Made by a program: the position numbers and the translations under genes | Shown here: piece after piece, positions 31,492-44,697 of the stretch | Numbering within the stretch: position 1 is the stretch's first letter | How the letters are laid out: every line of letters starts with the position of its first letter | Assembly: GCA_965219095.1 (NCBI GenBank) | Contig: CBDCMT010000001.1 | Location: 2,240,001 to 2,304,000 of the forward strand | Length of the DNA stretch: 64,000 nt | Source: Bdellovibrionales bacterium | GTDB taxonomy: Bacteria > Bdellovibrionota > Bdellovibrionia > Bdellovibrionales > UBA1609 | Reading direction: 5' to 3' | The notes under the pieces: model-generated | The model's input: only the letters and a program-made list of their open reading frames with translations | Database searches by the model: none | Told to the model about the DNA's origin: nothing

Positions 31492-33000
31492 GGCTCCTCC
31501 CGGGAATCTGTGGGTGAAAAGTAGTAGAAATCCTCCAAAAAGGCTCATATTAATCAAAGTAAGAGTAAGACATCCTATCTTGTATTTTTGAGTTCTTTGA
31601 GGCCTTTACTGGCCTCTATCACCTCCGGTGATTGAACTCAAAAACATTCTTTTATTTGCTGTATTACATTAAAATTTTAAAAAAGAAGCACCTACTTCCC
31701 AGATGCCTTAAAATGTTATTCAAAAAAAAAAAAAAGGAGGGAAGAGATGCTTTTGAAGACTATACTAAATGATTGTTTAAGATGGAAGTCTTTTGTATAC
31801 GGAGACATTTATTTTTCAAAAGATAGAAAGTCAATTAATGTTCCTATTAAGGCTCGTAAAAATGGCCAAGCTTTTTGTAGTGTTTGTAAGAAGCCCTGTT
31901 CAGTGTATGACAGCAGTAAATCATCACGGGACTTTGAATCCCTTCCTATTTTAAGTTACAGGGTGTTTTTTGTTTATTTTGTAAGAAGAGTTAATTGTCC
32001 TTGCTGTGGGGTAAAAGTTGAGTATTTACCTTGGGCCGATGGTAAGAAGAGTTTAACGATCTTTTACATGAAGTACTTAGCAGACTGGTGTCGTCACCTG
32101 TCTTGGAAAGAGGTTTCTTGTAAGTTTCAGGTCAGTTGGAATCAGGTCTATGCTTCGGTAGAATGGGTCGTAGAATATGGTTTAAAACAAAGGGTTTTAA
32201 AGGGGATATATGCTATAGGAGTCGACGAGATACAATGGAAAAAGAACCATCAGTATCTCACCTTAGTCTATGAAATAAGCAAAACCCGTGTACGCTTGTT
32301 GTGGATAGGAGAAAAAAGAACAGAAAAGAGTTTTAGAAAATTCTTTGATTTACTAGGAGAGAAGTCAAAAGATATACGGTTTGTGTGCTCTGACATGTGG
32401 AAGCCTTATTTAAAAGTCATAAAGGAGAGGGCAAGTCAAGCTTTGAATATATTAGATCGGTTTCATATCGTAGCAAGACTCAATAAGGCTTTAGACGAAG
32501 TGAGAGCTTCAGAACACAAAAAAATGAAAGAAGATGGGTATGAACCCCTTTTAACAAAAGCTAGATGGCCCTTGTTAAAAAATGCAGAAAATTTAAAATC
32601 TTATGAAAAAGTAAAATTAAGGCATTTAATACAGTACAATTTAAAAAGTATCCGCTGTTATCTTTTAAAAGAAGACTTCCGACAGTTATGGACCTATGTT
32701 TCACCAACTTGGGCTGGTAAATTTATAGACAGTTGGACGAGACGAGTCATGCTTTCAAAAATTGAACCTATGAAAAGAGAAGCAAAAACCATACGAAGAC
32801 ATAAGCTACTTATTCTTAATTACTTCAAGGCTAAAAAAACCTTCTCCTCAGGGATTGTAGAGGGTTTAAACAACAAAGTAAAACTCACTATGAGAAAATC
32901 TTACGGCTTTAGAACCTCTAAAGCTATAAAAATCGCCTTATATCATAACATTGGAAAACTGCCAGAACCTCCGGGAACCCACAGATTCTTTTGAGGAGGC
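31492..33000 (+). mobile_element. ISL3-family element (copy 2, intact)
   Basis: Both IRs present; imperfect 8-bp TSD TTAAAAAA/TTAAAAAT. Confidence 0.93.
31747..32994 (+). CDS. ISL3-family transposase, intact
   Basis: Zn-finger CxxC pairs, GVDE, SDMW, DRFH, EGLNNK. Confidence 0.94.
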   Translation: MLLKTILNDCLRWKSFVYGDIYFSKDRKSINVPIKARKNGQAFCSVCKKPCSVYDSSKSSRDFESLPILSYRVFFVYFVRRVNCPCCGVKVEYLPWADGKKSLTIFYMKYLADWCRHLSWKEVSCKFQVSWNQVYASVEWVVEYGLKQRVLKGIYAIGVDEIQWKKNHQYLTLVYEISKTRVRLLWIGEKRTEKSFRKFFDLLGEKSKDIRFVCSDMWKPYLKVIKERASQALNILDRFHIVARLNKALDEVRASEHKKMKEDGYEPLLTKARWPLLKNAENLKSYEKVKLRHLIQYNLKSIRCYLLKEDFRQLWTYVSPTWAGKFIDSWTRRVMLSKIEPMKREAKTIRRHKLLILNYFKAKKTFSSGIVEGLNNKVKLTMRKSYGFRTSKAIKIALYHNIGKLPEPPGTHRFF

Positions 33001-33702
33001 TTAAAAATAAATGACTTTTTATCAAGGCCTTAGAATAAAAACTAGACCTCAACTCAAAAAAAAACGGAAAACCTAAGCGGAAGCACTATATAAGATGACA
33101 GAAGAGATAAGCTGTTACTTATAGTCCCATATAAAGATAAACCTTATAAAAATTATAGAGCCTGTTCCCATGAGTAGTCATAAAGACAAAATAAGCACTC
33201 CTTTGTGGACTGAAAATCTAAAATTCGTTTTTATAGTATGAAATTTTTACAATTTCAAAAAAAAGATTTGATTTTCCCTTTCTTATACAATAAAAAGAAA
33301 ATGAAATTTGTCTTTTTGTTGAACGGTCTGTACCTAAAATTATCCCCCCTTTTTAAGTCAGGCCGTTCTTTTTTAATACCCTAACCCAAGATGTATCGTC
33401 AATTAACTTAGCCAAACGTACATGAAGCTAACACTACTAAAGACCAAGAGTTTGTTTAGCTCTTTTTTCACTTTACAAACAAAAAATTAGCCCTCTTTGC
33501 TTCACACTCAATGAAGTTCTTTAATGGCGGAATGTCCATTATGTTCATTTAAATTTTTTGAAAAAACCCTATATCTTCTCCTTAATTTGATGGATTCATC
33601 TAACTTTCTTGCTCCATTAACATGAGAGTTCGGTTTCTTTTAAAGTTTTTCTTATAAAAATTTTTTGTCTTTTTATCCTAATTTTTGCTAGGATAAAAGA
33701 AA

Positions 33703-34374
33703 GTGTTTTTTTTCTTACTTTTTCTGTCTTCAGCCTTTAGTCAAACTTTAACAGTTTATATAGATCCAGGACATGGTGGGTCTCAAGACACAGGTGCTAT
33801 AAGCTTTTACAAAAACCAAAAGGAGTCACAAATCAACTTACAAATAGCTCGCCACCTTTTTGAAAGGCTTAAAAAACAAACTCACTTTCATCCTCATCTT
33901 CTTCGTAATAAAGATGCTTTTTTACCTATTTTCGATAGAATTATCTCTCGTACAACAAACAACCATTCAGAGGCTGTGTTCCTAAGTTTGCATGCAAATT
34001 TTTCCTATAACTCTAAGAAAAAAGGAGTTGAGTTCTATATTGACACATCAGAAGCTCGTTTTTATTTTACAAAAAATACCCTTTTAGAAATTGTTCGAAA
34101 ACTTAAAAGGGTGGAAAAAATCAAAAAAAGCACTTTGCTTGCTAGAAGCCTTATCAAAGAGTGGAGGAGTTCTCATACTCTTCCTCCTTTGAAGCAAGCT
34201 CCCCTCTATGTTCTATCCTACAACCATATACCCTCAGTTATGATTGAAATGGGCTATTTATCCCATAAAAAGGAGGCCCTTAAGCTCATCTCAAAAACTT
34301 ATCAAAAAAAGCTTGCTGTTTTTATCCATAAAGGGCTTGAAAGGTACAGACAAAGACTAGACAAACAAAAATAA
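33703..34374 (+). CDS. N-acetylmuramoyl-L-alanine amidase (Amidase_3), catalytic domain only
   Basis: IDPGHGG, KE, SLHAN, IEMGY Zn-ligand/catalytic motifs; short signal peptide; start codon uncertain. Confidence 0.88.
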   Translation: MFFFLLFLSSAFSQTLTVYIDPGHGGSQDTGAISFYKNQKESQINLQIARHLFERLKKQTHFHPHLLRNKDAFLPIFDRIISRTTNNHSEAVFLSLHANFSYNSKKKGVEFYIDTSEARFYFTKNTLLEIVRKLKRVEKIKKSTLLARSLIKEWRSSHTLPPLKQAPLYVLSYNHIPSVMIEMGYLSHKKEALKLISKTYQKKLAVFIHKGLERYRQRLDKQK

Positions 34375-34393
34375 AAAGGGCATAAAGGCTTTC

Positions 34394-35110
34394 ATGAGGT
34401 CTCACAACAGAAAAAATCATGAACTAAGACCCTTAGAGATCATCTCTGATTTCAATCTTCATGCTGAAGGAAGTGTGTTGATCAAATCAGGTAACACCCA
34501 TGTTTTATGTACAGCCTCTATTGATGAAACAGTTCCTAAATGGCTTCAAGATAAAGGACAAGGCTGGATCACAGCTGAATACGCAATGCTTCCTCGCTCA
34601 ACTCACTCTCGTATCAAAAGAGAAAAGGGACAGACAAGCGGAAGGGTTCAAGAAATCTCTCGTCTTATTGCAAGAAGCTTAAGACAGGCTGTGAATTTAA
34701 AAGCTTTAAATGAAAAGCAAATTTATGTAGATTGCGATGTTTTACAAGCTGATGGAGGTACAAGAACAGCCTCCATTACAGGAGGTTTTGTAGCCCTAGC
34801 CCTAGCCCTTAGGTGGGGGCAAGAGCAAGGTCTTTTTATGATAAATCCCTTAGTACAGAAAGTAGCAGCTGTAAGTTTGGGAATCCTTGATGATAATGTA
34901 TTACTAGACTTAGATTATGAAGAAGATTCTCAAGTGGAAACAGATATGAACGTAGTCATAAATGAAAATAATGAGTTTATAGAGATTCAAGGTACAGCAG
35001 AGAAGAAAAGTTTTTCTAAAAACAAACTTCTTTCTCTCTTAGAAACAGCTCAAATAGCTTGTCAAAAATTGTTTGTAGCACAACAAAAGGTTTTGGACTT
35101 TCCTAAATGA
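34394..35110 (+). CDS. rph: Ribonuclease PH
   Basis: AEGSVL, GWITAEYAMLP, QADGGTRTASITG, IEIQGTAE. Confidence 0.97.
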   Translation: MRSHNRKNHELRPLEIISDFNLHAEGSVLIKSGNTHVLCTASIDETVPKWLQDKGQGWITAEYAMLPRSTHSRIKREKGQTSGRVQEISRLIARSLRQAVNLKALNEKQIYVDCDVLQADGGTRTASITGGFVALALALRWGQEQGLFMINPLVQKVAAVSLGILDDNVLLDLDYEEDSQVETDMNVVINENNEFIEIQGTAEKKSFSKNKLLSLLETAQIACQKLFVAQQKVLDFPK

Positions 35111-35114
35111 GAGA

Positions 35115-35159
35115 ACCTCTCTAAACATTAAAATCACTAGAATTTAAGTGAACAGTTAC
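35115..35159 (+). repeat. 45-bp solo IS66-type end (identical copy at 38620-38664)
   Basis: ACCTCTCTAAACATTAAAATCACTAGAATTTAAGTGAACAGTTAC; terminus differs by one base from the IS66-A IR. Confidence 0.8.
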
Positions 35160-35301
35160 TCACGTGGAAGGGAAGCCATAAAAGATATTGGTCTCTTGGA
35201 TAGATATGGAGGAGTGCTTGTGCATGATTGTTGGAGTCCTTACTTTTGTTATGATAAGATAACTCATGTGATCTTTCCCCAAAAAAGTGGACAGTTTTTT
35301 A
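35160..35301 (+). mobile_element. Internal IS66-A fragment (35160-35268) followed by a solo IS3 end (35269-35301)
   Basis: Near-identical to ~4072-4180; then TGATCTTTCCCCAAAAAAGTGGACAGTTTTT as at 48698. Confidence 0.85.
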
Positions 35302-35602
35302 TCAACCCAGAAAGGGTAACTGTCAGATCATATAACGGTAAATCAAAAAGACAGGTCACTGGTTTAAGCCATGATAGTGACCCTAAAGTACTTGCAGAAG
35401 GAGGTGAGCTTTTCGAGACAAATTCTAAACCCTTTAGCTGGCCTGGTTTTTAAGGCCTCAAAGGGTGTGTTTTCCCTTTTTTTTCGATTAAGCCTGTATT
35501 TTTGTGAAGGCTTACTCGAAAAAAAGGAAAAAGCAAAAAAAAGATGTAAAATAGGATTTCAAGACTTTATTTATAAACAAACCAACAAAGGAGGAAAATA
35601 AA

Positions 35603-36609
35603 ATGTATGATCACTATATAGCCGTAGATTGGGCACAAAGTAACATGGCCATTTCAAGGATGACAGGCAAATCAAAAGATATTAAGACTATGGACACGAT
35701 TTCAGATCTTGGGAATCTTCGTGCCTATTTAAAAACCCTGAAAGGTAAGAAGATATTGACTATCGAAGAGACTACAACTTCGACAGTGGTTGTATTCAGA
35801 ATTAAAGGATAGTGTTGATGAGCTCATAGTCTGTGATCCTCTTCGGAACAGACTTTTAAGTGAAGGGGCTAAAACTGATAAAATTGATGCTGAAAAACTT
35901 GTTTTATTGTTACGCTCTGGCCTTTTGAAACCAGTCTTTCACTCAGGTGATGAATTCATTTACCTTCGTAAGATTGTCAGTGGATATGAAGATGTAGTTA
36001 AAAGAGGAGTTCGTGTTAAAAACCAAAGATCAGCTCTATTTCGAGCTTCCCACCTTGATGCTAAGAAGCAGACACAATTAAAACTAGCGGAAGAGATATA
36101 TTTGTTCTAGAAGGCTTAGATAAAGCTATCAGCGCTTATGGGGAGGAGAAAGCACGTTATGAAGCAGAGTTTAAGAGGCTAAGTAAAAAACACAAAGATA
36201 TTAGAAATCTTAATAGCATTCCAGGAATTGGTTCTATCAAGGCTATCAAGATTGTAGCCAGGGTTGTAGTGCCTCACCGATTTAAACGTAATTCCTGGTG
36301 GAGTGGATTGCGGACTTGTAAAGCTACATAGAATGAGTGGCGGAAGGTCTTATGGAACTAAGAAGTCTAGGTTTTGCCCACAAATGAAAAGTGTTTTTAA
36401 GATAGCTGTACTCTCAGTTATAGGAAATAACAATAAATTTAATGATTTTTATGAAGAACTGATCAAAAAAAATTATCCAACACATACTGCGAGAAACGCT
36501 ACCAACTAGAAGAATTGCAACTTTAACTTTAGGTGTTTTCAAGTCTGGGAAAAAATATAAACCTTATGGAGAACGTAAAAATGTAAATAATAATAAAACA
36601 ACCTTATAA
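35603..36609 (+). pseudogene. IS110-family recombinase, frameshifted
   Basis: AVDWA, IEE, KTDKIDA (DEDD), SIPGIG and RMSGG motifs across several frames; GGAGG RBS. Confidence 0.88.
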
Positions 36610-36629
36610 AATCATCTGTTTAAAGTTTC

Positions 36630-37235
36630 GCATCCTCGAAAGAATCTGTGGGTTCCCGGAGGTTCTGGCAGTTTTCCAAGGTATATGATATAAGGCGATT
36701 TTTATAGCTTTAGAGGTTCTAAAGCCGTAAGATTTTCTCATAGTGAGTTTTACTTTGTTGTTTAAACCCTCTACAATCCCTGAGGAGAAGGTTTTTTTAG
36801 CCTTGAAGTAATTAAGAATAAGTAGCTTATGTCTTTGTATGGTTTTTGCTTTTCTTTTCATAGGTTCAATTTTTGAAAGCATGACTCGTCTCGTCCAACT
36901 GTCTATAAATTTACCAGCCCAAGTTGGTGGAACATAGGTCCATAACTGTCGGAAGTCTTCTTTTAAAAAATAACAGCGGATACTTTTTAAATTGTACTGT
37001 ATTAAATGCCTTAATTTTACTTTTTCATAAGATTTTAAATTTTCTGCATTTTTTAACAAGGGCCATCTAGCTTTTGTTAAAAGGGGTTCATACCCGTCTT
37101 CTTTCATTTTTTTGTGTTCTGAAGCTCTCACTTCATCTAAAGCCTTATTGAGTCTTGCTACGATATGAAACCGATCTAATATGTGTAAAGCTCCACTTGC
37201 CCTCTCCTTTATGACTTTTAAATAAGGCTTCCACA
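36630..37235 (-). mobile_element. ISL3 3' half remnant
   Basis: MWKPYL...ALYH collinear with the intact copies; degenerate right IR GCATCCTCGAAAGAATCTGTGGG. Confidence 0.9.
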
Positions 37236-37302
37236 TAGAATCTGTTAAAACTTTCCTTAACATAACACCTCCCTTTGTTATGAGCTTTTTACAATCTTTA
37301 TA

Positions 37303-38343
37303 ACCCGAGTTTCGACTTTTTTCAGGTCTAAAGGCTAGCTGATATAAACAAACATCTCATTTCTTTGTAAGATGTCTTGAAGAAGCAACTTACAAGGAAA
37401 AAACACCTTGAGAGTTGCAAAAAACATACAAGGAGGTCTAAGATGTTTAATTCTAATTATATCATATCAATTTATGTTCTTGTCGATGATTTTTTAACCC
37501 CTCTCATACAGCAGCATCCAGAACTGGTTCCCAAAAATAAAGGAGGTTTTTCTTGTGCTATGTCTCCCAGCGAAATTGTCACTCTTTATCTTACTTTTCC
37601 AAAGTTCTGGCTTTAGGAATTTTAAAGCCTTTTATCAGTTTGCAGAAGTCTATCTTAAACCTTATTTTCCTAAAATGTTGTCTTACTCCCGATTTGTGAA
37701 CATCAAAAAAGACATGGCTTTTTTGATGTTTCTTTTCTCGACAAGCCTTATGAGTAAAACCACCGGCATATCATTTATTGATTCCACATCGATTTTTCTT
37801 CAAAAATAAAAGAATAGGACGAAATAAAGTGTTCTAAAAGTTAGCTAAAAAGAGGCAAAAGTAGTATGGGCTGGTTCTTCGGATTTAAACTCCATATTGT
37901 TATCAATCACCTCGGAGAACTTTTAAGTTTTACCTTAACTCAGGGAAATGTAGATGATCGAATGCTAAGTTATGGATTTATAGTAAAGGGCTGATGGGAA
38001 AACTCTTTGGGGACAGAGGTTATATTTCATCAGACCTTTTCAAAAAGCTTTTAAAAAAGGGAGTTAAGCTTATTACAAACGTCAAATTAAATATGAAGAA
38101 TAAATTGATTCCCTTATTTAACAAGTTGATGTTGAAAAAACGTTCTGTTGTGGAGGTCAGTGATTGGAGTGTTAAAAGGAGAGTTTCATCTTGAGCATTC
38201 TCGCCATCGTAGCCCACAAAACTTTGTCATCAATCTTTTAGGTACTCTCATCTCTTACTTGCTTAAAACCTAAAAAACCCTCCATTCAACTTAAAACTCA
38301 AAACAGGAGCTTCTGAACAATATATAAAAGTCGAAACTCGGGT
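37303..38343 (+). mobile_element. IS982-family element, full length, multiply frameshifted
   Basis: IRs ACCCGAGTTTCGACTTTT / AAAAGTCGAAACTCGGGT; 5-bp TSD TTATA. Confidence 0.92.
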
Positions 38344-38403
38344 TTATAGATATTCAACACGCCTAAGGTCTTGAAAAAGGTCTAGGTAAATGAGGACGCA
38401 CCC

Positions 38404-38567
38404 TAAGAATTATTCTAAAGAACTTTTCTAATATTTTTGTAACAGGGAAGGCCTTAGGGAAATGTTTTACAGGCTCATTTTACAACAAGATCAATAAAAA
38501 CTTCTCCTTTAAAATCTAAGAAATATACCCCTCGTAGGAGTCAAGGGCGGTCAGATAACTGACTTAC
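38404..38567 (+). mobile_element. IS66 type B right-end remnant
   Basis: Reverse-complement homologue of 46549-46716, ending ...GGGCGGTCAGATAACTGACTTAC. Confidence 0.78.
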
Positions 38568-38664
38568 GCTAGAACTGCACAAAAGCAGAATCTGTCCTTC
38601 GTTGATATGACTACTCAATACCTCTCTAAACATTAAAATCACTAGAATTTAAGTGAACAGTTAC

Positions 38665-38913
38665 GAAACTTTAAACAGATGATTTTATAAGGTTGTTTTA
38701 TTATTATTTACATTTTTACGTTCTCCATAAGGTTTATATTTTTTCCCAGACTTGAAAACGCCTAAAGTTATGCTTGCAATTCTTCTAGCTAACAGCGTTT
38801 CTAGCAGTGTGTGGTAGGTAATTTTTTTGATCAATTTTTCATAAAAATCATTAAATTCATTGTTATTTCCTATAACTGCAAGAGCGGTCGTTTTAAAAAC
38901 ACTTTTCATTTGT
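38665..38913 (-). pseudogene. IS110 recombinase 3' fragment (second copy)
   Basis: MKSVFK...LARRIASITLGVFKSGKKY, homologous to ~36380-36629. Confidence 0.85.
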
Positions 38914-38918
38914 GTCTA

Positions 38919-39020
38919 TGAAAAAGTAAAACAGCACTTGGAAGAGTTTAAAAGGCAAGCCATTGAATTGGCAGAGGAAATAGGTGGAAAGGGAGCTTCA
39001 GAGAAGTAGGACTGAGAAAT
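38919..39020 (+). pseudogene. Degenerate IS3 orfA 5' fragment
   Basis: GAAAAAGTAAAACAG...CAAGCCATTGAATTGGCAGAGGAAATAGG matches the reverse complement of ~49770-49875. Confidence 0.75.
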
Positions 39021-39338
39021 CTCCCATTTTGATTGAATCAATGAAAAAAAATCGCATAATAATTATGAATTAGCCTCTTTATAAATTTCAACGGAAATAC
39101 GGACATTCTTCCTAAGGAGCCTAGGAATTTAGGACAGATATCACCAAGTGTTATCTGACTCTCATTTGTAAAATGTGAATTGTCGCCATGCAAAAAAAAG
39201 GCTATCGATCTACATAAGGTTACGAAAAATAAGAACTCTATAAAGCTCTATTGGTTTCAACTCTAGATAGAGTTCTTAAGAAGGCTTTATAATTGTTGAT
39301 TTTACAGCCTATCTCTTATAAAAAGATACATACATAAA

Positions 39339-39752
39339 ATGGAAGTTAATGGCTCAGTTTTTTATCAGTTTTTTATTTTTGTAGGTCTTATGGTCCTTGT
39401 TTATTTTGTGATCACAAAGCCTTACTTTTTAGCTCATGCCAAAAGACAAGAACATACAGAAGGAGATGAAGAAGAGATCGAAAGGATCAGAGAAGATGTT
39501 AAAGAATTAAAAGGGCAGTATCAAAAACGCCAAAGAGATTTAAATAGAGATTTAAAAGAAATCTATAATAAGTCAAAAAGAGAAGTTGAATCTGAAAAAA
39601 ATTGTATTTTGACAAAAGCACAAAAAGAAGCTCATAAAAAGATTAATGAAGCTAACAAAACTTTAGAAAATTCTTTAAATCATTTAAGAAAAGACATTTC
39701 TTCCGAAGTCTCATCTGTTTCTGATGAGATCATAAAAAAGGTACTACATTGA
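39339..39752 (+). CDS. ATP synthase F0 subunit b'
   Basis: N-terminal TM (QFFIF...ITKPY) plus charged helix; first gene of the atp operon. Confidence 0.82.
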   Translation: MEVNGSVFYQFFIFVGLMVLVYFVITKPYFLAHAKRQEHTEGDEEEIERIREDVKELKGQYQKRQRDLNRDLKEIYNKSKREVESEKNCILTKAQKEAHKKINEANKTLENSLNHLRKDISSEVSSVSDEIIKKVLH

Positions 39753-39753
39753 T

Positions 39754-40299
39754 ATGTTTTTCCTTCTAGGCTTATTCTTTCTTATTTCAACAGCTTTTTT
39801 TGCTGAGGGAGCTAGTTCTGAAAGCATACCTTACAGTATGATCATAGCTCAAGTTTACAATGTAGTTTTATTTGTAGCTTTAGCTGTGATTCTTCTCAAA
39901 TCTAGAGCAAGAAGTTTTTTTAAAAAACGAAATTTTCAATTTATAAATGAAATTTGTCGTGTACAGAGGACAAAGGAAGAGGCCTTGAATCAAAAGAAAG
40001 AAATGAAATCAAAAATTTTAGAGCTTGAAAAAAACTGGGAGAACTCTTTTCAAAAAGTCCAGTCTGAAGCCGAGGAGAGAAAGGTTAAGCTTTTAAACCA
40101 AGCAAGAAAGCAAGCTCAATACATTGAGGAGGAATCTTTGAAAACAGTAGTTTTAGCACAGAAAAAATTAGGAGTACTTTTAAGAAGGGAGCTTTTTGAT
40201 GAAGCCTTTGAGGAGGCTAGAAAGAAAATACCTGGAAAAATAGATAAAAGAAAAAAAAGAGAGTTTTTTATGGAGTTTTTAGAGGGGTTGAAGAGCTAA
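39754..40299 (+). CDS. atpF: ATP synthase F0 subunit b
   Basis: N-terminal extension, TM (QVYNVVLFVAL), FFKKR, coiled coil; precedes delta. Confidence 0.85.
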   Translation: MFFLLGLFFLISTAFFAEGASSESIPYSMIIAQVYNVVLFVALAVILLKSRARSFFKKRNFQFINEICRVQRTKEEALNQKKEMKSKILELEKNWENSFQKVQSEAEERKVKLLNQARKQAQYIEEESLKTVVLAQKKLGVLLRRELFDEAFEEARKKIPGKIDKRKKREFFMEFLEGLKS

Positions 40300-40842
40300 A
40301 TGAATCAAGATATAGCTGGAAGGTATTCTCAAGCACTTTTGGAAGTATCTGTTTCAGAACAAAAACAAAAGCAAAGTTTGAAAGAACTTTCAAGCTTTCT
40401 AACTGTCGTAAGTCAAAAAGAATTTTCCCAGTTCTTCTTTTGCCCCACAATTGATAAAGAAAGCAAAATATTTACTTTGAAAAGAATTTTAGAGAACACG
40501 AACTTATCTCAATTTATAAAGAATTTTGTACTCCTTCTTTGCAAAAAAGATAGGTTTCATCTTTTTGAAGAAATTTTAAACTCTTACAAGAAAAAACTCT
40601 ATGCTCTTGAAGGGCTTTGTTTAGGTGTTGTCAACTCTACGGAAAGGTTAAGTGAAGAAAGTCTTGATCAAGTCAAACTAAGACTAGAGCAAGTTTTAAA
40701 TCAAAAAATTGTCATTGAGGCTTGCGAAGCCAATAATCTTATGGGAGGGCTTTCTGTAGATGTTTTAGGAAAGAGGTTTAACAATAGTGTGTTTTCACAA
40801 TTATCAAGACTAAAAGAATCAATAGCAAATAGGAGAGTTTAA
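40300..40842 (+). CDS. atpH: ATP synthase F1 delta
   Basis: IAGRYSQAL, NFVLLL, LMGG. Confidence 0.92.
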   Translation: MNQDIAGRYSQALLEVSVSEQKQKQSLKELSSFLTVVSQKEFSQFFFCPTIDKESKIFTLKRILENTNLSQFIKNFVLLLCKKDRFHLFEEILNSYKKKLYALEGLCLGVVNSTERLSEESLDQVKLRLEQVLNQKIVIEACEANNLMGGLSVDVLGKRFNNSVFSQLSRLKESIANRRV

Positions 40843-42360
40843 ATGGAAGTCACAGTCAAAGCTGATGAGATCAGTAGAATTTTAAAAGAACAAATTAGAA
40901 ATTTTGATAAAAAATTAGAAGTTAGTGAGGTGGGAAGTGTGTTGTCTGTAGGAGATGGTGTGGCTCGAGTGCATGGGCTTGATCATGTTATGGCAGGAGA
41001 ACTTGTGGAATTTACAGGCGATGTTTATGGGATGGCACTTAACTTGGAGGAGGATTTAGTGGGAGTTGTAATTTTTGGTGATGATAGGGATATTAAAGAG
41101 GGGGATTATGTCAAACGAACACAAAAAATTGTACAAGTTCCTGTAGGGGAAGCTTTGCTAGGACGTGTTGTGGATGTTTTAGGGAATCCTATAGATGGAA
41201 AAGGGGCCTTGAAATCGGATGGCAAGACAAGAGTTGTGGAGATAAAGGCTCCTGGGATTATTGCTAGAAAATCAGTCCATGAGCCTCTTCAAACAGGTTT
41301 AAAGGCCATTGACTCTATGATTCCCATTGGTAGAGGGCAAAGAGAGCTTATCATTGGTGATAGGCAGACCGGTAAAACAGCCATCGCAGTGGATACGATC
41401 ATCAATCAAAAAGAGACAGATGTACATTGTTTTTATGTAGCTGTTGGACAAAAGCAATCTACTGTGGCCCAAGTGGTGAATCGCTTAGAGCAGTCAGGAG
41501 CTATGAAATACACAACTGTTGTAGTGGCAGGAGCTTCTGCACCGGCTCCCTTGCAGTATTTAGCTCCTTATTCTGGCTGTACTATGGCGGAGTACTTTAG
41601 AGATTCAGGTCGCCATGCTTTGATCATTTATGATGATCTGACCAAACAAGCTCAAGCCTACAGACAACTGTCACTTCTTCTCAGACGTCCTCCCGGTCGT
41701 GAAGCTTATCCTGGAGATGTGTTTTACATTCACTCTAAGCTTTTAGAGAGAGCTGCAAAATTGAATGATCAAGAAGGAGGAGGGTCTTTAACAGCGCTTC
41801 CTATTATTGAAACACAAGCAGGTGATATCTCAGCCTACATTCCAACAAATGTGATCTCTATTACAGACGGACAGATTTTTTTAGAATTTGATCTTTTTAA
41901 CAAGGGAATAAGACCGGCGATCAATGTAGGCAAATCAGTGTCTCGTGTGGGAGGGGCGGCTCAGATTAAAGCTATGAAACAGGTGGCAGGAACTTTGAAG
42001 CTGGATCTGGCTCAATACCGAGAGTTGGAAGCGTTTTCAGCTTTTGCTTCTGACTTAGATAAAGCTACACAAATGCAGCTTGAAAGAGGACAAAGGCTTG
42101 TAGAGTGTTTAAAGCAAGCTCAGTACACGCCATATAAAGTGGAGGAACAAGTTGTTATCATTTATGCTGCAACAAAAGGGGCTTTAGACAAAGTCCCCGT
42201 AGAAAAAGGCAGACAGTTTGAAAAGGAGTTTTTGGAGTTCATGCACACACAACACCAATCTCTTTTAGAGCATATTGCCGCAACAGGAAAACTCGCGGAT
42301 GAGTTGACAGAGAATTTACAGAAAGCTGTTAACGATTTTGTAATTATTTTTGAAGGATAA
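40843..42360 (+). CDS. atpA: ATP synthase F1 alpha
   Basis: [21 protein letters not shown]. Confidence 0.98.
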   Translation: MEVTVKADEISRILKEQIRNFDKKLEVSEVGSVLSVGDGVARVHGLDHVMAGELVEFTGDVYGMALNLEEDLVGVVIFGDDRDIKEGDYVKRTQKIVQVPVGEALLGRVVDVLGNPIDGKGALKSDGKTRVVEIKAPGIIARKSVHEPLQTGLKAIDSMIPIGRGQRELIIGDRQTGKTAIAVDTIINQKETDVHCFYVAVGQKQSTVAQVVNRLEQSGAMKYTTVVVAGASAPAPLQYLAPYSGCTMAEYFRDSGRHALIIYDDLTKQAQAYRQLSLLLRRPPGREAYPGDVFYIHSKLLERAAKLNDQEGGGSLTALPIIETQAGDISAYIPTNVISITDGQIFLEFDLFNKGIRPAINVGKSVSRVGGAAQIKAMKQVAGTLKLDLAQYRELEAFSAFASDLDKATQMQLERGQRLVECLKQAQYTPYKVEEQVVIIYAATKGALDKVPVEKGRQFEKEFLEFMHTQHQSLLEHIAATGKLADELTENLQKAVNDFVIIFEG

Positions 42361-42368
42361 AGTTTTTT

Positions 42369-44661
<2,293 letters not shown>

Positions 44662-44697
44662 AGGGACAGAGGAGAAGTAAAACAAAGAGATGGGAAG

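Larger units (their letters stand above)
28732..33090 (-). mobile_element. IS630-family element type B (copy 1), frameshifted, hosting IS1634-A and ISL3
   Basis: IRs TATAGTGCTTCCG.../...CGGAAGCACTATA; transposase from 31471 (FADSTHP, LDGAGYN, LPPYSxNLNPIERLW). Confidence 0.92.

Noticed and set aside
33370..33640. Possible degraded gene on the minus strand
   Set aside because: Multiple stops and no recognisable motif; cannot be supported without a search
35148..35601. ORFs 35148-35453 and 35371-35601
   Set aside because: Chimeras of IS66, IS3 and non-coding sequence
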